DNA of 47,243 nucleotides. Origin: Candidatus Woesebacteria bacterium RIFCSPHIGHO2_01_FULL_39_32. GTDB taxonomy: Bacteria > Patescibacteriota > Microgenomatia > UBA8517. The notes below the pieces were generated by a model. The model did no database searches. It worked only from the letters and a program-made list of their open reading frames with translations, and was not told the DNA's origin. The position numbers and the translations under genes were made by a program. Shown one piece after another: positions 38,917 to 47,194 of the stretch (position 1 is the first letter of the stretch; every line of letters begins with the position of its first letter). Where the stretch lies: contig MGGJ01000002.1 of assembly GCA_001792345.1 (NCBI GenBank), positions 1 to 47,243 on the forward strand. The letters run 5' to 3'.

Positions 38917-39293
38917 CCAAAAATATCTATAATTGGCGGCAGATCTAGAATTCGTGCAACGAGTTGTACTAGCCAGAAAGATACAAAAACTATTATAAAC
39001 CCAACAATTGCATTATAAATTTTTTGTTGGCCGGCGGCTAACGCCTTAGGATCATTTTGTGAAGTAAGAATTTGGAACCCTCCGAGAATGATGAATAAAA
39101 GAATAAGAAAGCCAGCAAGACCAAAGACATAAGGTAATAATTCTTGAATTATTCTGCCAATAGTAAAATTTCTTAATCTGAAGATGGCTGTTCCCATTAG
39201 ATTTGAAAAATCAATACCAGCACTCGGTACTTGAGCATGTACTGTCTGGGGAAAGATGGAAGTTATAATTGTTAATACAATAAGAAATAGCAT
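38913..39293 (-). CDS. VirB2/TrbC-like pilin 7
   Basis: Signal peptide ending VHA-Q; GGFQILTSQNDPKALAAGQQKIYNAIVG. Confidence 0.8.
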   Translation of the reverse strand: MLFLIVLTIITSIFPQTVHAQVPSAGIDFSNLMGTAIFRLRNFTIGRIIQELLPYVFGLAGFLILLFIILGGFQILTSQNDPKALAAGQQKIYNAIVGFIIVFVSFWLVQLVARILDLPPIIDIFG

Positions 39294-39300
39294 ATATGTG

Positions 39301-40419
39301 CTATTTTAAACCTGGTATTTTGAGTATTTCAACCCCGATTAAGTTAAGAATGTACGCTCCAAATAGAAGTAAGACTACGCCCATCACGGCTGCCGTGAGA
39401 AGCTCTTTTCCTGCTTGAAGTCTTTGTGGGTTACCCCCAGAAGTAATAATCATAAACCCTGCATATATAATAAGTATTAATGCAATACCACCAACTATTC
39501 CAATTCCCCAAAGTATAACAAATCTTGCAAATGCATTCTGTTCAGTAATAGGAATACATCCAATTGCAGTATAAATTTCTGCTGTACAGTCACCTATGCC
39601 TGGAGTATCGCAAGGCTTTCCATTTTTGTCACAGAAAATTTTAATAGGCGAGGCTTTGATTGATTTGCAGGCTGCTTCACAAAGAGCGAGATCTCCATAA
39701 GTGCCTGTCCCTGATTCATTACAGCCCACACCAGGAATACACGCATATTTTAATGGTACGCCCCCACTACAAGCCTGATCGCAAGATGTATAGTCGGCGT
39801 ACTCTGGGGGCGCGCATCCAAAATTTGTGCTAGTTGCGTAACACGGCAAACACAATCCTGCCGTCTCACAAAAGTACCCGGTAACAGCGGCCGGTGGCTC
39901 TTGGCATTTTAAATTAGCGCCTCCACCCGCATAATTATTACACACAAGTCCACTACAACAACCATCTTGTGTTCCTGGTGGACCAGTACAAGGATCATCT
40001 AAATTGCCACAGGATGCGGGAGTTGTGCAAGTTAAATTCCCCGCAACGTTGTTGCATACAAATCCATCACAACAGCTTCCTTGTGTGCCGACGGTTCCTG
40101 TGCAAGTATCTCCTTCGTTGTCACATACAGGAGCTTCTAAGCAGTTCCCAGCCGGTTGGCCGGCCATACACGGGAAAGTGAGGGTGTTACATAAATTGGG
40201 GTCTGGAAAATAACCAGCCAGATTACAACTCGATAAGTTAAAATCTACTCTACAACCAGCGCTTGGGTTAGCGTCATCCACGGGGTAACAATATGTACAA
40301 GGCAATCCTGTTACGGGGTCACAGTCGGTAACTTGAGCAAATACTGGACTAGAGACAAAAGAAGAAGAAAGTAAATAAAAAGTAATTATGGAGAAGAGGA
40401 TTAATAGAAACTTTCTCAT
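39301..40419 (-). CDS. Cys-rich extracellular protein fused to a C-terminal pilin domain
   Basis: Signal peptide; Cys-rich repeats; IYTAIGCIP; AGFMIITSGGNPQRLQAGKELLTAAVMG. Confidence 0.8.
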   Translation of the reverse strand: MRKFLLILFSIITFYLLSSSFVSSPVFAQVTDCDPVTGLPCTYCYPVDDANPSAGCRVDFNLSSCNLAGYFPDPNLCNTLTFPCMAGQPAGNCLEAPVCDNEGDTCTGTVGTQGSCCDGFVCNNVAGNLTCTTPASCGNLDDPCTGPPGTQDGCCSGLVCNNYAGGGANLKCQEPPAAVTGYFCETAGLCLPCYATSTNFGCAPPEYADYTSCDQACSGGVPLKYACIPGVGCNESGTGTYGDLALCEAACKSIKASPIKIFCDKNGKPCDTPGIGDCTAEIYTAIGCIPITEQNAFARFVILWGIGIVGGIALILIIYAGFMIITSGGNPQRLQAGKELLTAAVMGVVLLLFGAYILNLIGVEILKIPGLK

Positions 40420-40463
40420 TAAATTGAGTGTAACACAAAAATAAAAATGGTTAAATTGTTATA

Positions 40464-42224
40464 ATGAAAAGCGCAATGAATAGCGAAAAGCAGCGAGAAA
40501 CAAGTAAGGGGTTATTTTTAAAAGGAAAAATATTTATTTCTTTGTTTGTTTCCCTTTTCTTACTTCTTACTTCTTACTTCTTACTTCTTAAATCTATTTC
40601 CGCTGAGCCTGACTGCGACAACCCTAATCCGGGTGACATAGACTTTTGTTTACAAAGAATTGAAGCTGAATTAAGCGCCCTAAAACCGGCCCAAGAATAT
40701 AACAAAAAAGAACTTGCTGATTTACGAACACAGATTTCCAGCTTGGAAAAAAGGATTTCCGGGATTTCAAACCAATTGGGAGTACTTGAAGGGGACATTG
40801 GAAAAAGAGAAGAGGATCTTGCCTACGCCCAGGAAATTTTTGTTGAGAAAACCAAAAACCACTACAGATTCTTGCGCTTTTATGATCCGCTTTTACCCTT
40901 TTTATCTACAGAGAACGCATCAAGTGCATTTAGAGAAATAATATTTAGACAAAAAGCCGCAAACGAAGACATTAAAACGATGGAGGGGTATGGAGCTGAT
41001 TTACTTGCCCTTAAAACCGACAAAGAAAATCTCGAAAAAAGTAAGACCAGCCTTTCCTCTATAAAGAGTCAGGTTGGTCAAAGAGCGCAATTTTTAGCCG
41101 GTGAGGTTGAGAAAACCGAGAAGTATCTTTCCGCCCTTTCTTCAAAACAAGAAGAACTTATTGCTCTAAAAGCCGGAGGATTTCAAACTTCAGTTGGAGA
41201 TACTCCCGCAACAGCAGAACCATGCTCCGGTCCTCCCGGATCTTCGAATTATTGCGATCCCGGTTTTAGACCTGCCTTTGCTGGGTTTTCCTTTGGTGCT
41301 CCTCATAGAACAGGCTTAAGTCAATACGGTGCATATGGAAGAAGTAAACAGGGACAGTCTGCTGAAGCTATTTTAGGAGCATATTATCAGGGAGCTGAAC
41401 TCAATAAATCCTTTCCCATTCCTGATACGATTGGAGTATCAGGCTACGGGAGAATTCCTTTTGAGGATAATTACTTACTGGGAATTTATGAGGTTCCTGA
41501 GTCCTGGGGTAATAATGGTGGTTTTGAGGCTTTGAAAGCGCAGGCTGTTGCGGCCCGCTCGTATGCCTTAGCAGTTACCGGCAACGGCGCCGGAACTATT
41601 TGTCCTACGGAATCCTGCCAGGTTTATAAACCCCAACTAAAAAGCGGTAAATGGGCAGAGGCGGTGCGTGCAACACGTGGTTGGGTAATGGTAAAGGGAG
41701 GAACGGCTGCAACAACTTATTATGCCTCAACCTCCGGTGGATATACGATTTCTCAGTGGGGTTGGTCAGGTATAAAAGACACTAACGGTGATTGGCCAAG
41801 TGGCGCCTATGAGAAATTATCTGGATCTCCTTGGTTTTATAAAGCATGGTTTAGAACTAGAGGGGGGGCGACCTGTGGCAAGGCGAACCCCTGGTTAAAT
41901 AATCAGGAAATGGCAGATATATTAAATGCTTGGCATGTTTTATATAAAGGTGGAGGAGATTCGGGAAGAGTCTCACCTATCGACACGAATTGTTGGGGAG
42001 GAAATCCGTATTCGATTAGTGAACTCGCAGGAATGGGAGGATATACCAGCGTTTCAAGTGTAGCCGTTACTTATTCTAACGCGGGGAATACGCAAACTGT
42101 TACATTTGGTACAAATAAAGGTAGTGTTAATCTGTCCGGCGAGGAATTTAAAAAAGCATTTAACCTGCGTGCGCCTGGATACATCGGGTTAAAAAGTAGT
42201 TTATTCAACATCGAGAAGCTGTAA
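40464..42224 (+). CDS. SpoIID/LytB-family protein with N-terminal coiled coil
   Basis: HRTGLSQYGA, YLLGIYEVPESW, EALKAQAVAARSYA, ESCQVY, YYASTSGG. Confidence 0.85.
   Translation: MKSAMNSEKQRETSKGLFLKGKIFISLFVSLFLLLTSYFLLLKSISAEPDCDNPNPGDIDFCLQRIEAELSALKPAQEYNKKELADLRTQISSLEKRISGISNQLGVLEGDIGKREEDLAYAQEIFVEKTKNHYRFLRFYDPLLPFLSTENASSAFREIIFRQKAANEDIKTMEGYGADLLALKTDKENLEKSKTSLSSIKSQVGQRAQFLAGEVEKTEKYLSALSSKQEELIALKAGGFQTSVGDTPATAEPCSGPPGSSNYCDPGFRPAFAGFSFGAPHRTGLSQYGAYGRSKQGQSAEAILGAYYQGAELNKSFPIPDTIGVSGYGRIPFEDNYLLGIYEVPESWGNNGGFEALKAQAVAARSYALAVTGNGAGTICPTESCQVYKPQLKSGKWAEAVRATRGWVMVKGGTAATTYYASTSGGYTISQWGWSGIKDTNGDWPSGAYEKLSGSPWFYKAWFRTRGGATCGKANPWLNNQEMADILNAWHVLYKGGGDSGRVSPIDTNCWGGNPYSISELAGMGGYTSVSSVAVTYSNAGNTQTVTFGTNKGSVNLSGEEFKKAFNLRAPGYIGLKSSLFNIEKL
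40557..40591 (+). repeat. Heptamer tandem repeat in the signal/TM segment
   Basis: (TTCTTAC)x4 + TTCTTAA, encoding LLLTSYFLLL. Confidence 0.9.
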
Positions 42225-42245
42225 AGGTGATATAATCTGAATGTA

Positions 42246-42944
42246 ATGCCTGATGTTTTTAACTCTCACAAACAGGTTGAAAGTGTAGAACAAAATTCTT
42301 CCAAAAAACAGATTGAAGTTAAAAAACCTGAGAAGAAATTTAAAACTCCTGAGGATATGGATAGGCATGAATTACCAGGACACAATCATAATCCTTTTGC
42401 AGCTTATTGTTATTATCCTGATCATGTAAATTTCGTTAATGCGGATCCTGAGGAAAAAGTTGTTCTTCTACTTCGTAGACACCCAATAACGAATCTTAGT
42501 TGGATAAGTATAGCTTTTTTGATGGTTATTGCACCTTCCTTTTTTGTTCTTATAGCCCCTTTTAGCTTATTACCGCCTGGTTTTCAAGTTGTTCTGACAA
42601 TCTTGTGGTATTTGATTGTTACTGCTTTTATTCTCGAGGAATTTTTAAGTTGGTTTTTCCATGTAAATATTGTTACGGATGAAAGAATTATAGAAGTTGA
42701 TTTTATAAATCTAATCTACCGAGAGGTAACAGACGCCAACATTGACCAAATCCAAGATGTAACAGTGGTAGTTGGAGGTGCGCCAAGGACATTTTTTCGC
42801 TACGGTAATGTAGTAATTCAGACTGCCTCAGAGATTCCGAAAATAGAATTTGAGGCAATTCCAAACCCAGATGCCGTTGCAAGAGTACTACGTGAATTAC
42901 GGATTGAAGAGGAACAGGAAAAATTAGAGGGGAGAGTGCGCTAG
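42246..42944 (+). CDS. Membrane protein with bacterial PH (bPH_2-like) domain
   Basis: LLRRHP, two TMs, IVTDERII, IQDVTV, YGNVVIQTA, IPNP. Confidence 0.75.
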   Translation: MPDVFNSHKQVESVEQNSSKKQIEVKKPEKKFKTPEDMDRHELPGHNHNPFAAYCYYPDHVNFVNADPEEKVVLLLRRHPITNLSWISIAFLMVIAPSFFVLIAPFSLLPPGFQVVLTILWYLIVTAFILEEFLSWFFHVNIVTDERIIEVDFINLIYREVTDANIDQIQDVTVVVGGAPRTFFRYGNVVIQTASEIPKIEFEAIPNPDAVARVLRELRIEEEQEKLEGRVR

Positions 42945-42945
42945 A

Positions 42946-43170
42946 GTGGAAGCCATAAGTAGCTTTACACCAACTGTTTTAGTTGCTATAAAGATTGCTC
43001 TTTGGTTATTTTTAATTCTTTATATTCTCTTCGCCGGAATTGTGATAAAGCAGGTACGTGTTATGACTGAGACTCTGCAAGTAGGTCTTGAAAAGTCGAT
43101 AAGAACATTAGCGGTTATACATTTCATCGTATCTGTTTTTGTGTTTATACTTTCGCTCATTATTTTGTGA
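42946..43170 (+). CDS. Small two-TM membrane protein
   Basis: YILFAGIVIKQVRVMTETL between two hydrophobic helices. Confidence 0.7.
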   Translation: MEAISSFTPTVLVAIKIALWLFLILYILFAGIVIKQVRVMTETLQVGLEKSIRTLAVIHFIVSVFVFILSLIIL

Positions 43171-43261
43171 AGATGTGTGGACATGTCTTTTGTAAATCTA
43201 TTGAAAATGGATTTAATAACTCGCCGAAGGCTTAAAACGAGCCTGAAAGACGAGTTCTGTA

Positions 43262-45166
43262 ATGAGTTATATTATTACCTCGGCAAAAATTACCGGGAAT
43301 CCTGACAAGGGAGGGTGGGCACAGGCTTATCAATTTACACCAGCTGATCCCGAAAAACTTACAAGCCGAGGGCAATTCTTTGCTGTCATTTCCACCGGCA
43401 CTAAAGAAGAAGGTATAGATGCTGTTTCCGCTGGACGCGAGCTACTTTCAAGGGTGCATGAAGAATATTTTGGTAGGGGGGAGGGATCGGCGTTTAGCAC
43501 GCTTTCCTCTTCGGTAGAAAAAGTAATTGAGGAATTTTCTTCTTGGGAGGACGTTGAGATAGGTTGCATTATATATTTAACCGACATTGTATATATTGTG
43601 GTAGGTGGAGGGGCGAAAGTCTACCTTTTACGAAACGATATATTAACCCCCCTTATTCAAAGTGAGAATGGAAAATGTTTGGCCGCTTCGGGGCATCCAC
43701 ACGATTCCGACCTTTTCATTATTGGATCAAGTTCTTTTTTCACTAGTTTTTCGGCGGGTGTTATAAAGGGATCCGCCATTGGAAAGGATCCAAACTATGC
43801 GGTTGAGTCTTTAGCACCGACCCTTCACGCATTGCCTGCAGCTGGAAAAGTTGGCGCTTTGTTTCTTAGTTTCGCGCAAGGCCCAGAAGTTAATGAGCGA
43901 ATTGCCAAAATTGAAAATAAAATACAAAAAGTTCCTATTCCTAGATCTAGCACGAGAGGGGAACTTCCGCCTCAAAATGAAAATGTCGGTACAGGATTTA
44001 TTAAATCCTTACTGAAGCGCGTCAAAGAGACAAGAGTTTATGTACAAGCTGATGCAGGATTTGATCGAGAATCGAATCCCAAAAGAAGGATATCGTTGGG
44101 TTTGGGAGCAGCTCTTCTTGTCCTTCTTGTAGTTAGCATAGTATTTGGTATTAGAGAGAAAAAACAAAAAGATATCAAAGAAAACTATGTTGAGACTTTA
44201 GCTTCCGCATCCCATAACTTGAGTGAAGCAGATGAACTTTATTCTCTTAACCCAGAGCGCTCTCGTGAACTTTTAATTGAAGCACGTCAAAAGGTTCTTG
44301 GTTTATCTTCCGAAGGAGTTCAAGACTCTACATTGGATGAGTTAAAGAAAAAAATTGAAGAGAACGAAAAAAAGATTTTAGGGGAGTTTAGAGTTGAAGC
44401 TGAATCTTTTGTTGAACTCGCGCTTTTATCTGATGGTTTTGAAGCCGACGAGGTAGTTATGTCCCAGGAAGTAGCCTATGTTGTTGACAAGGATAGTAGA
44501 AAAATTATCCGTGTCGGAGTGGGTAACAAAAGGAGTGAAGTTATAGTAGGTCCTCACGTTATAGATAAAATTGATAATATAGCTGTCTACTCGGATAGAG
44601 TATTTGTAGTTAATTCAGAGGGGGTATTTGAAATTGAAGAGGGAAGGGTAGATACGAAGATTGATCCTGAGTGGATGGGGAGTGTTTTAGCATACTCTTA
44701 CGCTGCTAACTTTTATATTCTTGATAAAGGGGCTTCAACAATATATCGCTATACGTCAACTGAGACTGGTTTTGGCAGCAAAAAGGATTGGTTTAACGAG
44801 GGTGTCACTTTTGACGTTTCGGAAGCAAGAGCTTGGGTAATTGATGGCGCAATTTGGTTAGTGACTGAAAAGGGTCAGATTTTAAAGTTTTCGCTTGGGC
44901 TACCACGCCCCTTTTCCTTAACAGGAGTTTTTCCGGTAGTTGGTAAATCCCTTGCAATATACACCGATGATCAACTGGAAAATCTTTACATTCTTGATAA
45001 TGAGAATGAAAGGGTTGTTGTTGTTACTAAAGATGGAGAATATAAGGCGCAGTACATTTCATCGGATATACGGGAATCAAAAGGGTTAGTAGTATCGGAA
45101 AAAGAAAAAAAGATTATTCTACTAAATTCCGATAAACTTCTTTCAATTGAGTTGGAACACCTATGA
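43262..45166 (+). CDS. Membrane protein with degenerate PP2C-like N-terminal domain and C-terminal beta-propeller-like domain
   Basis: N-terminal alpha/beta region, central TM, coiled coil, repeated xYILD blades. Confidence 0.6.
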   Translation: MSYIITSAKITGNPDKGGWAQAYQFTPADPEKLTSRGQFFAVISTGTKEEGIDAVSAGRELLSRVHEEYFGRGEGSAFSTLSSSVEKVIEEFSSWEDVEIGCIIYLTDIVYIVVGGGAKVYLLRNDILTPLIQSENGKCLAASGHPHDSDLFIIGSSSFFTSFSAGVIKGSAIGKDPNYAVESLAPTLHALPAAGKVGALFLSFAQGPEVNERIAKIENKIQKVPIPRSSTRGELPPQNENVGTGFIKSLLKRVKETRVYVQADAGFDRESNPKRRISLGLGAALLVLLVVSIVFGIREKKQKDIKENYVETLASASHNLSEADELYSLNPERSRELLIEARQKVLGLSSEGVQDSTLDELKKKIEENEKKILGEFRVEAESFVELALLSDGFEADEVVMSQEVAYVVDKDSRKIIRVGVGNKRSEVIVGPHVIDKIDNIAVYSDRVFVVNSEGVFEIEEGRVDTKIDPEWMGSVLAYSYAANFYILDKGASTIYRYTSTETGFGSKKDWFNEGVTFDVSEARAWVIDGAIWLVTEKGQILKFSLGLPRPFSLTGVFPVVGKSLAIYTDDQLENLYILDNENERVVVVTKDGEYKAQYISSDIRESKGLVVSEKEKKIILLNSDKLLSIELEHL

Positions 45167-45594
45167 AAATTATCAATAAAAAGGCAAAATTTAACTACAT
45201 TTTATTTGAGAAATTTGAAGCGGGGGTGTCATTAACTGGTGCTGAAGTGAAAGCAATAAAGACAGCTCGTGCTGATTTGTCAAATTCATATGTAAAGATT
45301 ATTCGAGATGAAGCCTATCTTGTTAATGCGAACATTCCTGCTGACGGAGTACAAAATTACAATCCAACACGATCTCGAAAACTTCTTTTGCATAGGGCTG
45401 AACTGGTTTCGTTGTCTACAAAAATGAAGCAAAAAAAATTGACTTTGGTGCCTGTCAAGGTGTATACTAAGGGCCGATTGGTGAAGCTGGAAATAGCTTT
45501 AGCCAAGGCAAAAAGGAAGTTTGAGAAGAAAGAGTCGATTAAGAAAAAAGATATTGAAAGAGAAATTGCACAGCAATTAAGAAGTAGGTATTAG
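45163..45594 (+). CDS. smpB: SsrA-binding protein
   Basis: NKKAKFNY, EAGVSLTGAEVKAI, RKLLLHR, TLVPVKVY. Confidence 0.97.
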   Translation: MKIINKKAKFNYILFEKFEAGVSLTGAEVKAIKTARADLSNSYVKIIRDEAYLVNANIPADGVQNYNPTRSRKLLLHRAELVSLSTKMKQKKLTLVPVKVYTKGRLVKLEIALAKAKRKFEKKESIKKKDIEREIAQQLRSRY

Positions 45595-45600
45595 TTTTTT

Positions 45601-45951
45601 GGGGACGACCGGATTCGACGGAGAGCGTACTTTAAAAACTGCGAGCCAAGTTTGACTTACACTTGTAAAAAGAAGTTAAAAAAATAATTGCTAAACCCAA
45701 TTATAATTTCGCATACGCCTAATAAGTGTTTTTGCGAATGTTTGCTGTTTTGTTTCTCAACCGAAACAGACAAGCATAAACCAGTTGGGATGCGGTAAGT
45801 GCCACTGACTTTAGGTATTTGCCAAAGAGTTAAAGTCAAGCCCCCAATTACTTTGTTGGTTTGGCGAATTGGGAGTCATAAAAAATCAACTAAGCTTGTA
45901 GAAGTTTTTATCTTACCTTTTCGGACGAGGGTTCAACTCCCTCCGTCTCCA
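45601..45951 (+). ncRNA. ssrA: tmRNA
   Basis: 5' GGGGACGAC-CGGATTCGAC; 3' GACGAGGGTTCAACTCCCTCCGTCTCCA; tag ORF at 45690-45722 AKPNYNFAYA* after ATAATT; directly after smpB. Confidence 0.95.
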
Positions 45952-45956
45952 CAAAT

Positions 45957-45986
45957 AAAAGACCCGCTATTAAATGCGGGTTTTTT
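45957..45986 (+). terminator. Terminator after ssrA
   Basis: GACCCGC-tattaaat-GCGGGTTTTTT. Confidence 0.8.
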
Positions 45987-46005
45987 GGTGGAATAATAGA
46001 TACAA

Positions 46006-46686
46006 ATGGGTTTAGTCGATCTAATTTTTCCTAGAAGTTGCCTTTCGTGTGGAAATCAAGGGAGGTACGTTTGTGATTCATGCATAAAAAAAGTACCGAG
46101 TCCAAAGTTGGTTTGTCCTGAGTGTCAACGACCCTCAATTGACGGATTTACTCACATTAAGTGTAAAAGAACCTTAAGTCTGGATGGAATTATTTCCATA
46201 TGGTGCTACCAAGGTGTGGTTAGGACCGCTCTTCTTAAATTGAAATATGCGTATGCGAGGGAAATTGCGACCGAAATTTCGGTATATACCAATTCTCAGC
46301 TTGATAAATTCCTTATTGCTTTACCCAAAAACCCTACTCTTGTGCCTATTCCACTTTATTTTTTGAAAGAAAATTTAAGGGGTTTTAATCAAACAGAAAT
46401 TTTAGGGAAAGCGATGGCAATGCGGCAGACTTGGAAATTTGTTCCCGACCTTCTCCTTAGAAAGATGCTAAAAAAACCTCAAGCTGAATTAAAGGGGGAT
46501 GAAAGAAAGGAAAATATCAAAGGAGTTTTTGCACTTAACAGTTTTTACCAACCACTAATCACTAATCACCAATCACTAATTTTATTCGATGATATCTATA
46601 CAACAGGTTCAACATTGAAAGAAGCTTGTAAGGTTTTAAAAAGAAATGGAGCAAATGTGGTTTGGGGACTAACTATTGCAAGATAA
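46006..46686 (+). CDS. comF: ComF family protein (zinc ribbon + PRTase)
   Basis: LIFPRSCLSC...CDSC...CPEC, VPIPL, RGFNQ, LFDDIYTTGSTL. Confidence 0.93.
   Translation: MGLVDLIFPRSCLSCGNQGRYVCDSCIKKVPSPKLVCPECQRPSIDGFTHIKCKRTLSLDGIISIWCYQGVVRTALLKLKYAYAREIATEISVYTNSQLDKFLIALPKNPTLVPIPLYFLKENLRGFNQTEILGKAMAMRQTWKFVPDLLLRKMLKKPQAELKGDERKENIKGVFALNSFYQPLITNHQSLILFDDIYTTGSTLKEACKVLKRNGANVVWGLTIAR
46547..46581 (+). repeat. In-frame heptamer tandem repeat in comF
   Basis: ACCAACC ACTAATC ACTAATC ACCAATC ACTAATT, encoding YQPLITNHQSLI. Confidence 0.85.
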
Positions 46687-46726
46687 AACTTATATAGAGA
46701 TGGTGCCTACTTGACTATGCTGTAAC

Positions 46727-47194
46727 TTATTTTCTGGAAATACCATCTACGTGTGCATCAACATAACTTAATAGCAACCTACCAATATCGTCCTCATATT
46801 TATAAAATTGCCGATCAAGATCATATAAAAACTTCTCTTTCTCATCTCCTAAAGCCTCCACTTCATTGATACGTGTGTCTCTATCTATTGAAGGTGTAGT
46901 ATTTGAAAAAACTGATAAAGCTCTAGCAAAGATATCAAGCGTCTTGAGTGCGCCTATTTCCTTTAAAGTTTCTTGTGTTTGCTTCCAATAATTTCCCGAG
47001 CTGTTAACAAAAAATTGATTAAACCCTCCGTTGTTTACTTCACGCTCCAAATTTTCAATACAAAATATTACCTTTTCTGTATTAGTTAAATTATCGAACC
47101 CTTTTGACTGCTCAAGCTCGAAAATATAGTTATCAAGTTCAATAACTTTATTTTCATTGTTAGGTAGTTTTAGAATTTCTTCGATAGTTTTCAT
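46727..47194 (-). CDS. DUF4375/DMP19-like protein
   Basis: EREVNNGGFNQFFVNSSG, LKEIGA, LDRQFY. Confidence 0.8.
   Translation of the reverse strand: MKTIEEILKLPNNENKVIELDNYIFELEQSKGFDNLTNTEKVIFCIENLEREVNNGGFNQFFVNSSGNYWKQTQETLKEIGALKTLDIFARALSVFSNTTPSIDRDTRINEVEALGDEKEKFLYDLDRQFYKYEDDIGRLLLSYVDAHVDGISRK

Noticed and set aside
21829-40419. Integrative conjugative element or prophage
   Set aside because: No integrase, relaxase, att repeats or phage genes; embedded among core genes at oriC
45920-45954. Stand-alone tRNA gene (T-arm GGTTCAACTCC)
   Set aside because: It is the 3' tRNA-like domain of tmRNA, pairing with 45601-45607
195-45996. Numerous short antisense or overlapping ORFs in the track (e.g. 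2228-2593, 20726-21163, 34153-34599, 45657-45839, 45799-45996)
   Set aside because: Shadows of well-supported genes or of tmRNA, with no recognisable motifs
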